DNA from: a bacterium
GTDB lineage: Bacteria > SAR324 > NAC60-12
Assembly (NCBI GenBank): GCA_965209155.1
Contig: OZ242383.1
Span: 96,001 to 160,000 of the forward strand
Direction: 5' to 3'
DNA length: 64,000 nt
The position numbers and the translations under genes were made by a program. How positions within the stretch are numbered: position 1 is the first letter of the stretch; each line of letters starts with the position of its first letter. The notes beneath the pieces are model-generated. The model searched no databases. It was not told the DNA's origin and saw only the letters and a program-made list of their open reading frames with translations. This document shows positions 1-10,482 of the stretch, one piece after another.

Positions 1-1315
1 GTGCAGCTCGATAGAGTTGAGCCATAAGATTTGGCTTCAACTTGTCATAATCAAAGTATCCTTTGCTGTCTGGTCGCAGAGTCGTACATGCTAAGCGGCG
101 AACGGAAAAAGGTGCATTTGTACTATCATTTTTCACGTCGCCCCAAGCGATGATTTGAATATCCAAGTCGCGAAACCACGTCTGGAAATTCTTTACAGCC
201 TCATCCAAAGTAGCTTGGTGCCAATCCTTGACAACAATGCGTGGACCAGTCGCAGTAAGAGCAACCGATATGAATTGATCCGACTTAGGTGGCATCTTTT
301 GTAGCCCACTCCATGGGGAGGTCATGAATCTTCTAACAGTGAGAGGAGTAGGCTTGTGCAGCAGAGAAGAAAAAAGGCCAGATGCTTCTTCAGTTTCAAC
401 CACCCAAAAACAGAGCCAGGCTGGGCCAATCTGTAGCCAATGGTTTTCGTGGGAGGACAAATACTGCAGAGCAAGAAGGTAACTCTTCGAGGCCGATATT
501 GAAGACGAAGCATTGTAACTCTTTTTAAATCCATAAGAACGAAATGAAGCACTCTCAAATCCAACAATGCCAGCACCAGTACCTTTAGCAGGGTTGGGTA
601 AACCAGTAACCATCGGCGTATGGGTACGTGCGATAGGGACGTCCTCTTCACCCGTAATAAGGCAAATGCCCCGTTCTGCGGATTCTTCGGCTGTTTCCAT
701 GTCTCCTATGACCTGTTTTCGCCAGAAGGGCCGGATATGAATTCCGTCTTCCAGTAACAATGTTTCTGCCACGCGAAACGAAAAGTTATCACTTGGTCTT
801 GCCCTAACTTTTCTGCCATCTGCCGTAGTAACCCACCAAGTGGGTTTCTCATTAGCCCTGGCATTAGAATCAACACCCCAGCGCAAAAAAGCTGGAACTT
901 GCCCTGCCTCGGGCTTGAAGGCCAAAAGGCTCTTGAGGGCCGGGCTGAGCGTTGTCTTGTAAGCCTTTTCAATCTGCGCCCAAAAGTCATCGTATTTACG
1001 GCGATTGTTTTCGTCCCGCCCCTTGCGCTTCTTTTCGGACATGGGCTGTTCCGGGTTTGTGTCCAGTCCGAATGCCGCCGTAATGCCGTCCGCCAAGAAC
1101 TCGGCTACTCCGCCGGACACCTTGGGTCGCGTTGTCTGCGGGCAGACAAATTCCTTACCTCGGTTCCGTTCTCCTACAGTTTCCACTGGCCCTTGTCCCA
1201 CGAGATTCCCGATGTCGTCCAAGGTGATGATCCATCGCACGGCCTTGGGTCTGAATGCCAAGTTGTCGAGAAGTTTTCGAGAGCTCGCAAAATCGTTCAA
1301 ATATTGTAGCAGCAT
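1..1315 (-). CDS. cas8c: Type I-C CRISPR-associated Cas8c/Csd1 (3' part runs off the window)
   Basis: Not in the ORF track (no stop in window). Manual translation from ATG at 1315, 2 nt after the cas5 stop, is open to position 1: MLLQYLNDFASSRKLLDNLAF...GICLITGEEDVPIARTH...VGFESASFRSYGFKKSYNA..., typical Cas8c motifs; position after cas3-cas5. Confidence 0.9.
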   Translation of the reverse strand, partial: MLLQYLNDFASSRKLLDNLAFRPKAVRWIITLDDIGNLVGQGPVETVGERNRGKEFVCPQTTRPKVSGGVAEFLADGITAAFGLDTNPEQPMSEKKRKGRDENNRRKYDDFWAQIEKAYKTTLSPALKSLLAFKPEAGQVPAFLRWGVDSNARANEKPTWWVTTADGRKVRARPSDNFSFRVAETLLLEDGIHIRPFWRKQVIGDMETAEESAERGICLITGEEDVPIARTHTPMVTGLPNPAKGTGAGIVGFESASFRSYGFKKSYNASSSISASKSYLLALQYLSSHENHWLQIGPAWLCFWVVETEEASGLFSSLLHKPTPLTVRRFMTSPWSGLQKMPPKSDQFISVALTATGPRIVVKDWHQATLDEAVKNFQTWFRDLDIQIIAWGDVKNDSTNAPFSVRRLACTTLRPDSKGYFDYDKLKPNLMAQLYRAA

Positions 1316-1317
1316 TA

Positions 1318-2115
1318 TTAAGCTCCTGTAGATTCGAGGATTTCGATTTCGTCGGGATGACAAGCCAAGGCGGAATCCTTGAGCCTGGCACGGAAAAAGC
1401 AAGCCTTGGGTTGCGCTAATTCGCCGACAAAACGCGAGGACTTCTTGGACGTAGCTTCCAGTTCATCAGGGCGCTTCCAGCGAAAACCATGAGCACGGAC
1501 CGCGGGCGAAAAAACGTCGTAAAGCATCAAACCCAAGTCTTCCTCGTATTGCCGCCAATTGGTTCCCAATTCAGCGGCTCGCTTTTCCAGAGCAATTTGG
1601 GGATCGTCTACCCACTCAAAATCCGCAGCAAATTCACGCATGCCCAAGGCGGGCCGGTGGAAACACTTGCCCTGCTGAGCGCGGCGCTTGAATTCAGAAA
1701 AATACTTCGCCGGCGTGTCTGCCGGGCGATTCGCCAGCGGTGTGGGGCGCAGTTCGGCGCTAATAATGTATTCCACCTCCTTCAGCGCCAACATGTTGCG
1801 CTGAGTGCTGTTGGGCGCTCCACCTCCGGACTCAATGGGCGAGACACTTTCCGGTTTCGCCATCCATTGACCGACATTGCGTATGCTTATGACGGATTGC
1901 ACTTCATTACGTCGAATTGAGGTCCAGAGGCCGCGCTTCACTACCCGGATAGCAGCAACGTGGTAACAGATTTGCGGCTCCCAGAAAACAGCTTCCAAGA
2001 TACCCCGGGCAGCAGAAGGCGTCATGACCGGATAGCTGACGCGCTCAACTTTCATTTCAGGGCGCGTGAAACAGGCCCAGTCGCCCCACACTCTCAGGTG
2101 TACATAGTCGTTCAT
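1318..2115 (-). CDS. cas5: Type I-C Cas5c (Cas5d)
   Basis: N-terminus VWGDWACFTRPEMKVERVSYPVMTPSAARGILEAVFW, GKCFHRPALGMREF, DLGLMLYD motifs. Confidence 0.95.
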   Translation of the reverse strand: MNDYVHLRVWGDWACFTRPEMKVERVSYPVMTPSAARGILEAVFWEPQICYHVAAIRVVKRGLWTSIRRNEVQSVISIRNVGQWMAKPESVSPIESGGGAPNSTQRNMLALKEVEYIISAELRPTPLANRPADTPAKYFSEFKRRAQQGKCFHRPALGMREFAADFEWVDDPQIALEKRAAELGTNWRQYEEDLGLMLYDVFSPAVRAHGFRWKRPDELEATSKKSSRFVGELAQPKACFFRARLKDSALACHPDEIEILESTGA

Positions 2116-4346
2116 TGCAAGAAATCCTCGGTTGGTCGTTGGGCGATAATCACGCCTAGATGCTCGTGATAGGCGGCCGCGTCCAACACTCTCAGTTCCA
2201 TGCCGGGCAACAGCGGATGGAGCAGGTGCATCGCGTCCAGCTTTTGGAAGTCTCGCTTATGCAGATTCACCATGAAGCGCTGAAGGTCGCGTAAATCTTC
2301 ACGAGTGAAACGTGGACCGTTGGATTTGGCGCGTTCCCGGATTGCAGTCACCATATCCAAAGCATTTGCCCTTGGCGTAATGACGGCTTGGGTGTCATCA
2401 AAAATTACTTTTGCTTTACGGTTTACTTCGCGGAAGCGCAAAGATTCCCGATCTTCTTGAATGGGGCATTCCCGCCGACGATTATAATCCATAGGTACGT
2501 ATTGAAAAAGCTCACTAAAATAACGTTTGAACAAATTCGGATCGTCAGACAAATCGTCCATAGACAATTGATCCAACAGCCGTGCCGCAATTTCTGTGGC
2601 TACACGATACACGCCGCCGGGAAGTTTGGCATCCGTTGGTCGGAATACGACTACGCGCCCTTTTGTTGGGTGTCCTTCTTTGTCCTTCAAGCGTCCTTCT
2701 CGATTGCAGCGGCCGGCCGCCTGCACGATAGAATCCAGTGGCCCCAAGGCTCGATAGACTGTGGGAAAATCGATATCCACCCCGGCCTCGACTACCTGCG
2801 TGGCTACCAGCCTGCAAGGTTCTTCGTTTTCCAAACGCCGTTTCGCCTCCTTCAAAACCTCAGTACGGTGATCGGCACACATGGCCGAAGAAAGATGCAA
2901 AACCCCTTCCAGTTGATGCTGCCGTAGTGACTCCCACCATGTAGCCGCTTGTTTGCGGGTGTTTACCACTCCGAGTGCTTGGGGGTTGATTTCCCATTCT
3001 CCGGTCAACTCCCGCCAATCGCTCGGTGTAGACCGTACCTCGTAGACCACCCGTCCCAACTTCCGGAATAATTCGTCAGGCTGTGACACAATCTCTTGTA
3101 CTTCATTTGCATCAAAACCCAGTTTCAACGATGAGCTTCGACTAAAGGCAGGCTGAGTAGCGGTCGAGAAAATAAAACTCGTATGATAATGCTCCTTGAG
3201 GTCCCTCAGCACGTGCAAAAGTGGAGCAAGCAGATGAGAAGGCAGTGTCTGCACCTCATCCAGTAGTATCACGGAGTTCGCGATGTTGTGTAGTTTCCGA
3301 CACTTGGAGGTACCGTTGGCAAAGAGAGACTCGATGAACTGCACCGAAGTAGTGACGATGACAGGCGCGTCCCAGTTTTCCGAGGCTACTTCCTCCGGCG
3401 ATCGACCTCGCTCTTCTGAGTCAGCTTTTGAACCCACCGAAGAATGGTGCTCAATCACGATGCCTACGTCTTCCGGATCAAGTACTTCCCGGTATTCAGC
3501 AGCATTTTGCTCAATGATTGACAAATAAGGTATCACGACTATGATTCGACGCATTCCATGCCGCCGTGCATGTTCCAGAGCAAATGCCATGCCCGATAAT
3601 GTTTTACCACCGCCGGTGGGCACGGTCAGTGTGAAGAATCCTCTCGGCTCTGCTGCCTTTGCCATGCATTCTTGACACACGCGATTGCGCAGCTTATTGA
3701 GTTCCCCCGAGGAATCAAACTTGCCTAAGTGTGCTTGCATACGTTGAATCGGCAATTCAAGGTCAATCTTTACAGAATGTCGTTCCTTACCGGTCTTGAA
3801 TCGTTCCGTATCCAGAAAATCCGCATCCACTAAGCAGGAAAATAGCATCCGTACATAAAATTCAGAGACGGCTTTGTCCCGATCAGGATTGGCAAATTCT
3901 GGCTCCTTAAGGTTCCTGGGAATTTTCCCTATTTCCGATTCAAACATCTCTTCAAGAGGAATCAGGCGATTCAGCGCATCGTATTTCTCTCCACAAACCA
4001 ACTCCTGCAAACCATCCAGATCGTGCAACCCCGCATGGTGCCCCGCAATGGCGAAAGCCGGCCCCAGCCACCCTCTTTTGAAGGCCAGGGCAGCTCCATA
4101 CACCGCATGATGGGTTTCGATTGATCCCGGACGTTCTCCTGCCAGATATTCCTGGAAGGGAATTCGATATTTACCCAAGTCATGAAGCAGGCCTGCTTGC
4201 TCAGCAGAATCGGCGAGCAACGGTTCGGCGAAATCTCGGGCTCTATTACCCACGTTTCGCAGGTGTTTGGCGAGTGGGTGCCAGCGTAGCTGATTTGGAT
4301 CAATTTCCCTTACCTCTGTTTCGGCAGTGTGGGCGTAATAAATCAC
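2112..4346 (-). CDS. cas3: CRISPR-associated helicase/nuclease Cas3 (HD + SF2 helicase)
   Basis: YYAHT, LLHDLGK (HD), LVDAD, PTGGGKT, DEVQ, QAAGRCNR. Likely start is GTG at 4346 with upstream AAAAGG, not the ORF-track start at 4658. Confidence 0.95.
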   Translation of the reverse strand: MIYYAHTAETEVREIDPNQLRWHPLAKHLRNVGNRARDFAEPLLADSAEQAGLLHDLGKYRIPFQEYLAGERPGSIETHHAVYGAALAFKRGWLGPAFAIAGHHAGLHDLDGLQELVCGEKYDALNRLIPLEEMFESEIGKIPRNLKEPEFANPDRDKAVSEFYVRMLFSCLVDADFLDTERFKTGKERHSVKIDLELPIQRMQAHLGKFDSSGELNKLRNRVCQECMAKAAEPRGFFTLTVPTGGGKTLSGMAFALEHARRHGMRRIIVVIPYLSIIEQNAAEYREVLDPEDVGIVIEHHSSVGSKADSEERGRSPEEVASENWDAPVIVTTSVQFIESLFANGTSKCRKLHNIANSVILLDEVQTLPSHLLAPLLHVLRDLKEHYHTSFIFSTATQPAFSRSSSLKLGFDANEVQEIVSQPDELFRKLGRVVYEVRSTPSDWRELTGEWEINPQALGVVNTRKQAATWWESLRQHQLEGVLHLSSAMCADHRTEVLKEAKRRLENEEPCRLVATQVVEAGVDIDFPTVYRALGPLDSIVQAAGRCNREGRLKDKEGHPTKGRVVVFRPTDAKLPGGVYRVATEIAARLLDQLSMDDLSDDPNLFKRYFSELFQYVPMDYNRRRECPIQEDRESLRFREVNRKAKVIFDDTQAVITPRANALDMVTAIRERAKSNGPRFTREDLRDLQRFMVNLHKRDFQKLDAMHLLHPLLPGMELRVLDAAAYHEHLGVIIAQRPTEDFLQ

Positions 4347-4710
4347 AGATAAACCTTTTAAAGAATGTAAAGAAGACAAACCAATATAATGCAAATTGTC
4401 GTTCAGTGTCAAGGGAACAATTTGGTTCCTCTGCGGGATTGTCAAACAGGTTCCTGTTTCAGCGTACCGATTTTCGGACGAGATTGAGGGGTTGCATGTT
4501 ACTGGCAATTGGGAGAACCACCAAGCTGCTTGCCTGGCAGAGGGGAATCGGTTGGTGCTGGATATTTTCAAATCACCCGCAGGCAAAGGGATGGTGCTTC
4601 CAACAAAGGAAAGAATTTCAAGAACGTCCTGGTTGCAGAAAGGTTTTTGAGCGAGCATGATTGAGTAACGAGAATTTACTTCAACCTTATTTTACTTTTC
4701 CAAATGTGAA

Positions 4711-5003
4711 GGGGTCAGAACTGGAAGTTTTGAATTGCAAGCAAAGATTCGAACCTGGAGGGGTTCGAGACGATCTTGGAGATTTCGGGATTGATTCGTT
4801 TCCTCAATGGATGAACCCTGTCCCACCAGTCATCCCATTCCAAAACCGCTTTTTCCAAACTTTCAAACCCGACATTGTTGCAAAATATCTCACCGAACCC
4901 AGCGAGATCATTCAGACGATTGAAGGAATCCGAGGGGCTCTAAAATCAATCAGAGGAATTGAAACGTCAAATACTTGCTTGAAGTTTCAAACTTACAAGC
5001 CTG
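4711..5003 (+). mobile_element. RAYT-associated REP/REPIN-like remnant (unit A): left end GGGGTCAGAACTGGAAGTTTTG, internal right-end copy near 4857-4873, RAYT C-terminal remnant, right end CAAACTTACAAGCCTG
   Basis: Closely similar to 10910-11178; ends are inverted-repeat relatives of those at 7618, 8561, 9924, 13690 and 14450. Confidence 0.65.
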
Positions 5004-5010
5004 CCTCTCA

Positions 5011-5513
5011 CTCTTGCCATAGGCCGTTTTCACAGTGGAGTCCACGTCAATCACAAAACGGCGTAACCCCCCAACGTTGCTTGCTCCGCTTCGAAGCGCC
5101 TTGCGCCAGATACCGGCTCGAATCCGATGGTTCAAGCTCTCCATCTCATGGATGTTTTTCTGTGTGAAAGTACGCAGTATGCGACCGAATGTGGTTTCAT
5201 CCGGAATCCTCAGCCAACCGGCCGCACGACTCAATACACGGTCGTTCCAAACTGTTACAATCGAACGAATCGAACGGGCGCCGCCAATAATGCCAACCAC
5301 CGATAAAATGACCATGTCCACCGCGTCATAAAGACTCGTGGCGCCACGCTGATGATCTATGCTCTGCTCTGTCTTCGAAACAATCCCGTGTTTGTGAAAA
5401 AATTTGACAACCGGAATCAAGCCTGCTTGCGCGGTCAGGTCTCTGCCTCCCTGGCGGATATGGATGTTTTTTGCTTTCGTTCTTGCCGATCTTGTGCTAC
5501 CTTTGTTTTTCAT
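5011..5513 (-). pseudogene. IS1380-family transposase, N-terminal fragment
   Basis: LTAQAGLIPV, IPDETTFGRIL and IDVDSTV (first catalytic D); after KTAYGK the frame runs into unrelated RAYT-end sequence. Candidate terminal repeat CCTAAATCCTGCA at about 5597-5609 (minus). Confidence 0.8.
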
Positions 5514-5778
5514 GGAAATGGTGATCTCTCGAAATGTTGATTCTACTGTTAACTATTTGAGCATATTACCATTTCCATCTTCGTTTGTCATCTAATTGCA
5601 GGATTTAGGTATAAATCTATTTTCAGATGCTACGTTCTTGTAAAAATTTTAATTTTCCTAAATGAGTTCGGATTTTATCGTGGCAGAAAAAACAAATCTG
5701 ATCATTAAAAAAATCGGAAAGAGACAAACTTTGTGAGAAGAACGTCGCTGTATATAGAGACAGTTGGATTGTCGAAGA

Positions 5779-6489
5779 ATGATAGACAAAAAATACATGG
5801 ATATTTCATTGCAAGAAATCGAAGAAATTGAAATGCTTACACTGCGATGGGTATTTCAGTCGGTGCTTGATTTTGGCATGGAAGCTCATGAAATATTTCT
5901 CAAATCACCGGATAGTGTGAAAGACATTGCAGAAGATGTAACAAGGGAATTGCTTGATAGACTTTCAGGATTTAACGTTCAACAAAGAATATATGGCACT
6001 GTTGATTATAAGAAAGCCAGATACGTTATCTTACCTGAACAAACAATCAGACAGGCATTATTCATTGACTCAAAAGCAGAAAAAGAAAACCGATCTGCTA
6101 CAATCCAGATGTCCCAGACCTCCATGTGCATAAAACAACGGAGGGCAAGAATTGAAGTAAATGAAAAGGGCACCCTTCCGGAAATTTCTGAATATGGTGG
6201 AAAAAATTATTTAACAACCACTTGTCTTGTACATTTTAAATATAATGATGATGCCACTGGTGCTCATCATTTACGCAATGTTACTATAGTTGCTATTCCC
6301 AATGGTCGGTTACAAAATAGGTACAATCCCGATGTTGATGATGGAATATGGTTGGCGGGAAGGAATGCTCCTACTTTGCGGGAAGATTTCAGGGTAAGAG
6401 TCAGTTTCAATAAATTAAAATCCAAGGCAGCATGGCGTGTGCAAGTGTTGACTTACAATGAAGAGTGTATTGGATTATGGCAATCATAG
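5779..6489 (+). CDS. SfiI-family type II restriction endonuclease
   Basis: Recognisable similarity to SfiI (SLQEIEEIEMLTLR, AEDVT, VDYKKARY, FIDSKAE, RYNPD, RVRVSFNKLK, WRVQ); adjacent MTase. Confidence 0.8.
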   Translation: MIDKKYMDISLQEIEEIEMLTLRWVFQSVLDFGMEAHEIFLKSPDSVKDIAEDVTRELLDRLSGFNVQQRIYGTVDYKKARYVILPEQTIRQALFIDSKAEKENRSATIQMSQTSMCIKQRRARIEVNEKGTLPEISEYGGKNYLTTTCLVHFKYNDDATGAHHLRNVTIVAIPNGRLQNRYNPDVDDGIWLAGRNAPTLREDFRVRVSFNKLKSKAAWRVQVLTYNEECIGLWQS

Positions 6490-7487
6490 ATATTTCAAAA
6501 AAGCTGGAACCTAATTCCATTTATTGCGGAGATTCCAAAGTATTGCTCAAAGGAATTGAAGAGGAATCGATTGCTCTTAGTGTATGGTCACCACCCTACT
6601 ATGTCGGAAAAAATTATGAGAAGGACTTAACTTTTAAGGCTTGGCAATCACTATTGAGAGAGGTCATTCATTCCCATTTTCCGATTATAAATCCGGGAGG
6701 GTTTCTGGTAATCAACATTGCTGACATTTTATGTTTTAAAGATGACTCAATGCCGAGGATTATGGCAGAGAATGTATCTCGAAGGAAAATAAATCTTTCA
6801 AGGGAAGAAATAATAAAGGTTAAAGAGAAGAATCCAGATTGGAATAGATACCAACTGGCTGAATACTTCAATTGCAGTGAACAAACCATAGACAGAAGAC
6901 TCAAGGGCAACAATATCAGGGGGGGGAAATATCAATCTCAGACTAGAGTCTTCTTGGTTGGTGGTTTTATTGAAGAAGCGGCGTTGGAAGCGGGTTTTTA
7001 CTTATATGACCGTCGCATATGGATCAAAGACGCAGCTTGGGAGAACTCAAGATGGCACACGATATCATATCGCTCAGTGGATGAATCCGAATATATTTAC
7101 ATATTCTGGAAGCCAGGAATTACTAAAGTTGATCGATCTAGATTGACTAAACAGGAATGGATTAATTGGGGTTCGAGAGGAGTTTGGGAGATTTCATCTG
7201 TTCGTAGTAATTCTGATCATGATTCTAAATTCCCGGTCGAGTTGCCAAGAAGATTGATCAAACTCTTCACAGACCCTGGTGATATTGTACTTGATTGTTT
7301 TATCGGTAGTGGAACCACCGTGGTTGCTGCTCTGAGTGAAGCAAGACAATACATCGGCATAGACAAAGAGGGCAAATCGGTCGAAATTGCACGGAAAGCC
7401 GCAGCATCGTTTAATGACCTTAAAAAAACTTCAGTACAAATGGAGTTAATGATCCGAGAAATTGAGGCAATTTACAATGTGGGATGA
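6477..7487 (+). CDS. Beta-class N4-cytosine/N6-adenine DNA methyltransferase
   Basis: SPPY catalytic motif precedes DCFIGSGTT SAM-binding motif; HDSKFPVELPRRLI; overlaps REase stop. Confidence 0.9.
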   Translation: MAIIDISKKLEPNSIYCGDSKVLLKGIEEESIALSVWSPPYYVGKNYEKDLTFKAWQSLLREVIHSHFPIINPGGFLVINIADILCFKDDSMPRIMAENVSRRKINLSREEIIKVKEKNPDWNRYQLAEYFNCSEQTIDRRLKGNNIRGGKYQSQTRVFLVGGFIEEAALEAGFYLYDRRIWIKDAAWENSRWHTISYRSVDESEYIYIFWKPGITKVDRSRLTKQEWINWGSRGVWEISSVRSNSDHDSKFPVELPRRLIKLFTDPGDIVLDCFIGSGTTVVAALSEARQYIGIDKEGKSVEIARKAAASFNDLKKTSVQMELMIREIEAIYNVG

Positions 7488-7700
7488 TTGTCTAATTTGC
7501 GCAAACATATCTGGTTAGGGCTTGTTACAAAATAAGTGGAACATCTTTGAATTTCATATAGGGTGAATGGTGTAGTTCCATTGAGGAAACTTTTTTGCAA
7601 ATTTTAGATTTAAAAAAGGGGTCTGGCTCGAAAGTTTGGAAAAGTAGCGTTATTTTTTTTTTAAAATCGATTTGATACTCCTTCTCGCTGGTTTCTGAAG

Positions 7701-7880
7701 ATGGCTCGTCAACCACGCCTTTACTATCCCGGTGCGCTTTATCATGTGATGCTTCGTGGCAATGGAGGGCAATCCATTTTTTTCAGTCCCCCCTACTATC
7801 GACAATTTTATGACTTGCTCCAAGAAGGTTCCCAACGCTTTGATCATCGGATTTACGCCTTTTGTTTTATGAGCAATCAA
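7701..7880 (+). pseudogene. REP-associated tyrosine transposase (RAYT/TnpA-REP, Y1) N-terminal fragment
   Basis: MARQPRLYYPGALYHVMLRGNGGQSIFF...IYAFCFMSN; truncated at the point where the HUH motif should start. Confidence 0.85.
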
Positions 7881-7959
7881 ACATGTCCCTCTCTGCTCTC
7901 TTCCTCTTTAGGATGGATCATTCATCAAGTGGCTCGAGTTTATCAACTACCGGAGCAGG

Positions 7960-8520
7960 AGTCATCACCACCGGCAGAGCCGGTGGCTTGAAGAGGCCCC
8001 CAGTATGGGGGCAAAACGTGTTCGTCATCGTAAGACGTGCTCGTGCTCGTGAACGAAAAAGGCTGCCATGTTAAATCATGAAAAACTCGATGTATACCAA
8101 TGTTCCATCGAATTTTTAGCGTTATCTGTCCAAGTCATCGAAACATTGCCAAAAGGATACTCAGCCTTAGTTGACCAACTGAAAAGGACCTCATGGTCGA
8201 TTCCTCTCATATCGCAGAAGGCTGTGGAAAAAATTCCCTTCCTGACAAGCAACGATTCTATGCGTTTGCCCGAGGTTCCGCAATGGAATGCGCTGCTATT
8301 CTCGATGTTTTAAACGTGTTGAAGATCATCCAGCCTCCTTTATTTGACGAAGGGAAACAGTTACTTCATCGCATTGTTTCTATGTTAACCAAAATGTGCC
8401 ATCGAATTCACTGACCGTTCACGAGCACGAGCACGGCTAACGGACACGGATACGTTTCTCATGTCTGACCGGCAAAGCCTATTAGGTTCGCACCAGCAGA
8501 GCTGGTGGTTTAATGAGATT
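7960..8520 (+). mobile_element. IVP-carrying IS200/IS605-like non-autonomous element, copy 1 (four-helix-bundle gene frameshifted by a 1-bp deletion near 8208)
   Basis: 561 bp, near-identical to the 562-bp intact copies; ORF split into 8068-8313 and 8193-8414. Confidence 0.9.
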
Positions 8521-8594
8521 AATTAAAGGAATTGAAACGTCAAGTACTTGCTTGAAGTTTCAAACTTTCAAGCCAGACCCCCTTCCAATTGAAG

Positions 8595-9905
8595 TTAGTC
8601 TTTTTCAGCGACAAATGAACCGACATATTCATTGCCAGTATCATTTACTACACCTCCGACCCATCCAGTTGGATCGCCAGCATCACTTTCATACCATTTG
8701 GTTTGAACTTCATTACCAGAACATCCACTTGCTACACAATTCAAGTCATAAGAAAAATCTCCCCAATCTCTGTAATTGTGATCGTGCCATGTGGATACAC
8801 CATTTTTACTATAATGAGCTTCAAAATCATTGATACGTACATTCATATTTTGAGTATGGAAAGTGTAGCGCAAATTGGCGTCGGCTCGAAGTAATGCACC
8901 AAGATAATTCGGATCCATGTCAACACCAAGAAAGTTATCTGTTCCACTATATGTGGCTGATGTTGAAGGCAATGTGTTGGAAGGGGTTCCCTCTATAAAT
9001 CCATTTGCTGTAATGGTATTTTGAAAATCTAATAAACCAGTAAATGTTCTTCTGTTATGTTGCCCGGATATGTCAAAATCTTGATCTAACCAAACACCCC
9101 ATGATCTAATTGAATCAGGTTTTCCGGTTTTCCATATAATGAAAGTATTATATTTTTCATCATTCCATGTTGCATGATTGATATATCTGACATCTTCAGG
9201 TGTTACATCAAAATTTATGATAGTGTCATAACTCATAATTCCATTGGAACCATAGTGATCATGGCATTTATTATTACCGCCGCCACAGCCTTCTGTCATT
9301 CCAGTAGGGTTTTGATAACCAAATTGGTGTCCTGCTTCATGCATAATTACTGCAAATAATTCTCTAATAGCTCCTTGACGTAAAAAATCATTAGAGCTAG
9401 TCAAGTAAAAATAATTTTCAATAATCCAATTGGTATCTAATATTACTGCATCAAAAAAATCAGAATAACATGCAGGTGAGTTTCCATGACCACAATTGTA
9501 ATCCCCTGTATTTCCCACTAGAACAATAACTTTCCCATGGTCATAATCTAAATGTTTGGACCATTCCATGTATGACATATTAACAATTTGCCATAAAACA
9601 TTACTGGCATTTTCCAATCTTTGTCGCGTTGCAGCATCATATCTCCAAAGAGGCTCCAATCTATCAAAAAGTTCAGGTGAGAATTTCATATCAACACTTA
9701 CATGCCCTCCATGATCAGGATAGCTAATATAAATTCCATCCCTTGATGTTCGTGGTAAGTCAGCATGTAAATTTGGAAACCAATTGCTTGATGTATCATG
9801 CTCTGTTGATTGGGCGTCGCCAATCAAAAATTCATCTTCAGCAATGGCCTGTCCTGAAATTCCAATCATAAAGACAGAAGCAATCGCAAAAATCATGTTT
9901 TTCAT
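8595..9905 (-). CDS. Secreted putative zinc metalloprotease (HEXXH) with C-terminal beta-rich domain resembling TbpB-like barrels
   Basis: Signal peptide MKNMIFAIASVFMIGISGQAIA; MHEAGH motif followed by GIMSY Met-turn-like motif; ends YVGSFVAEKD; AT-rich. Confidence 0.6.
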   Translation of the reverse strand: MKNMIFAIASVFMIGISGQAIAEDEFLIGDAQSTEHDTSSNWFPNLHADLPRTSRDGIYISYPDHGGHVSVDMKFSPELFDRLEPLWRYDAATRQRLENASNVLWQIVNMSYMEWSKHLDYDHGKVIVLVGNTGDYNCGHGNSPACYSDFFDAVILDTNWIIENYFYLTSSNDFLRQGAIRELFAVIMHEAGHQFGYQNPTGMTEGCGGGNNKCHDHYGSNGIMSYDTIINFDVTPEDVRYINHATWNDEKYNTFIIWKTGKPDSIRSWGVWLDQDFDISGQHNRRTFTGLLDFQNTITANGFIEGTPSNTLPSTSATYSGTDNFLGVDMDPNYLGALLRADANLRYTFHTQNMNVRINDFEAHYSKNGVSTWHDHNYRDWGDFSYDLNCVASGCSGNEVQTKWYESDAGDPTGWVGGVVNDTGNEYVGSFVAEKD

Positions 9906-9950
9906 ATTATTTTCCTTTCAGTAAAGGGGGTCTGGCTTGAAAGTTTGGAA

Positions 9951-10365
9951 AGTCATCACCACCGGCAGAGCCGGTGGCTTGAAGAGGCCCCCAGTATGAG
10001 GGCAAAACGTGTTCGTCATCGTATGACGTGCTCGTGCTCGTGAACGAAAAAGGCTGCCATGTTAGATCATGAAAAACTCGATGTATACCCATGTTCCATC
10101 GAATTTTTGCGTTACCTGTCCAAGTCATCGAAACATTGCCAAAAGGATACTCAGCCTTAGTTGACCAACTGAAAAGGGCCTCATGGTCGATTATTTGACG
10201 AAGGGAAACAGTTACTTCATCGCATTGTTTCTATGTTAACCAAAATGTGCCGTCGAATTCACTGACCGTTCACGAGCACGGCTCACGGACACGGATACGT
10301 TACTCATGTCTGACCGGCAAAGCCTATTAGGTTCGCACCAGCAGAGCTGGTGGTTTAATGAGATT
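9951..10365 (+). mobile_element. IVP element copy 2, 140-bp internal deletion
   Basis: Both ends intact; junction TGGTCGATT|ATTTGACG. Confidence 0.9.
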
Positions 10366-10482
10366 AATTAGCGATCTCAGGCAGACCAAGGTAGTCTATG
10401 AAGATCGAAAACGCATAACTCTCCGGCTTAACAGTATCTGAAGCACTGGTGGGGATGAGTTGCATATTCTTATATGGACTTA

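Larger units (their letters stand above)
7618..8582 (+). mobile_element. Internally deleted RAYT element (unit B): left end, RAYT 5' fragment, inserted IVP element, RAYT 3' end and right end
   Basis: GGGGTCTGGCTCGAAAGTTTG at 7618 and CAAACTTTCAAGCCAGACCCC ending at 8581 are inverted repeats enclosing RAYT N- and C-terminal pieces. Confidence 0.7.

Noticed and set aside
322..1391. Short ORFs 322-651, 706-990, 899-1309, 1005-1331 and 1155-1391
   Set aside because: Alternative frames of the continuous cas8c reading frame
4347..4658. 104-aa N-terminal extension of Cas3 in the ORF track
   Set aside because: The conserved YYAH start and an RBS point to GTG at 4346; the extension has no recognisable features
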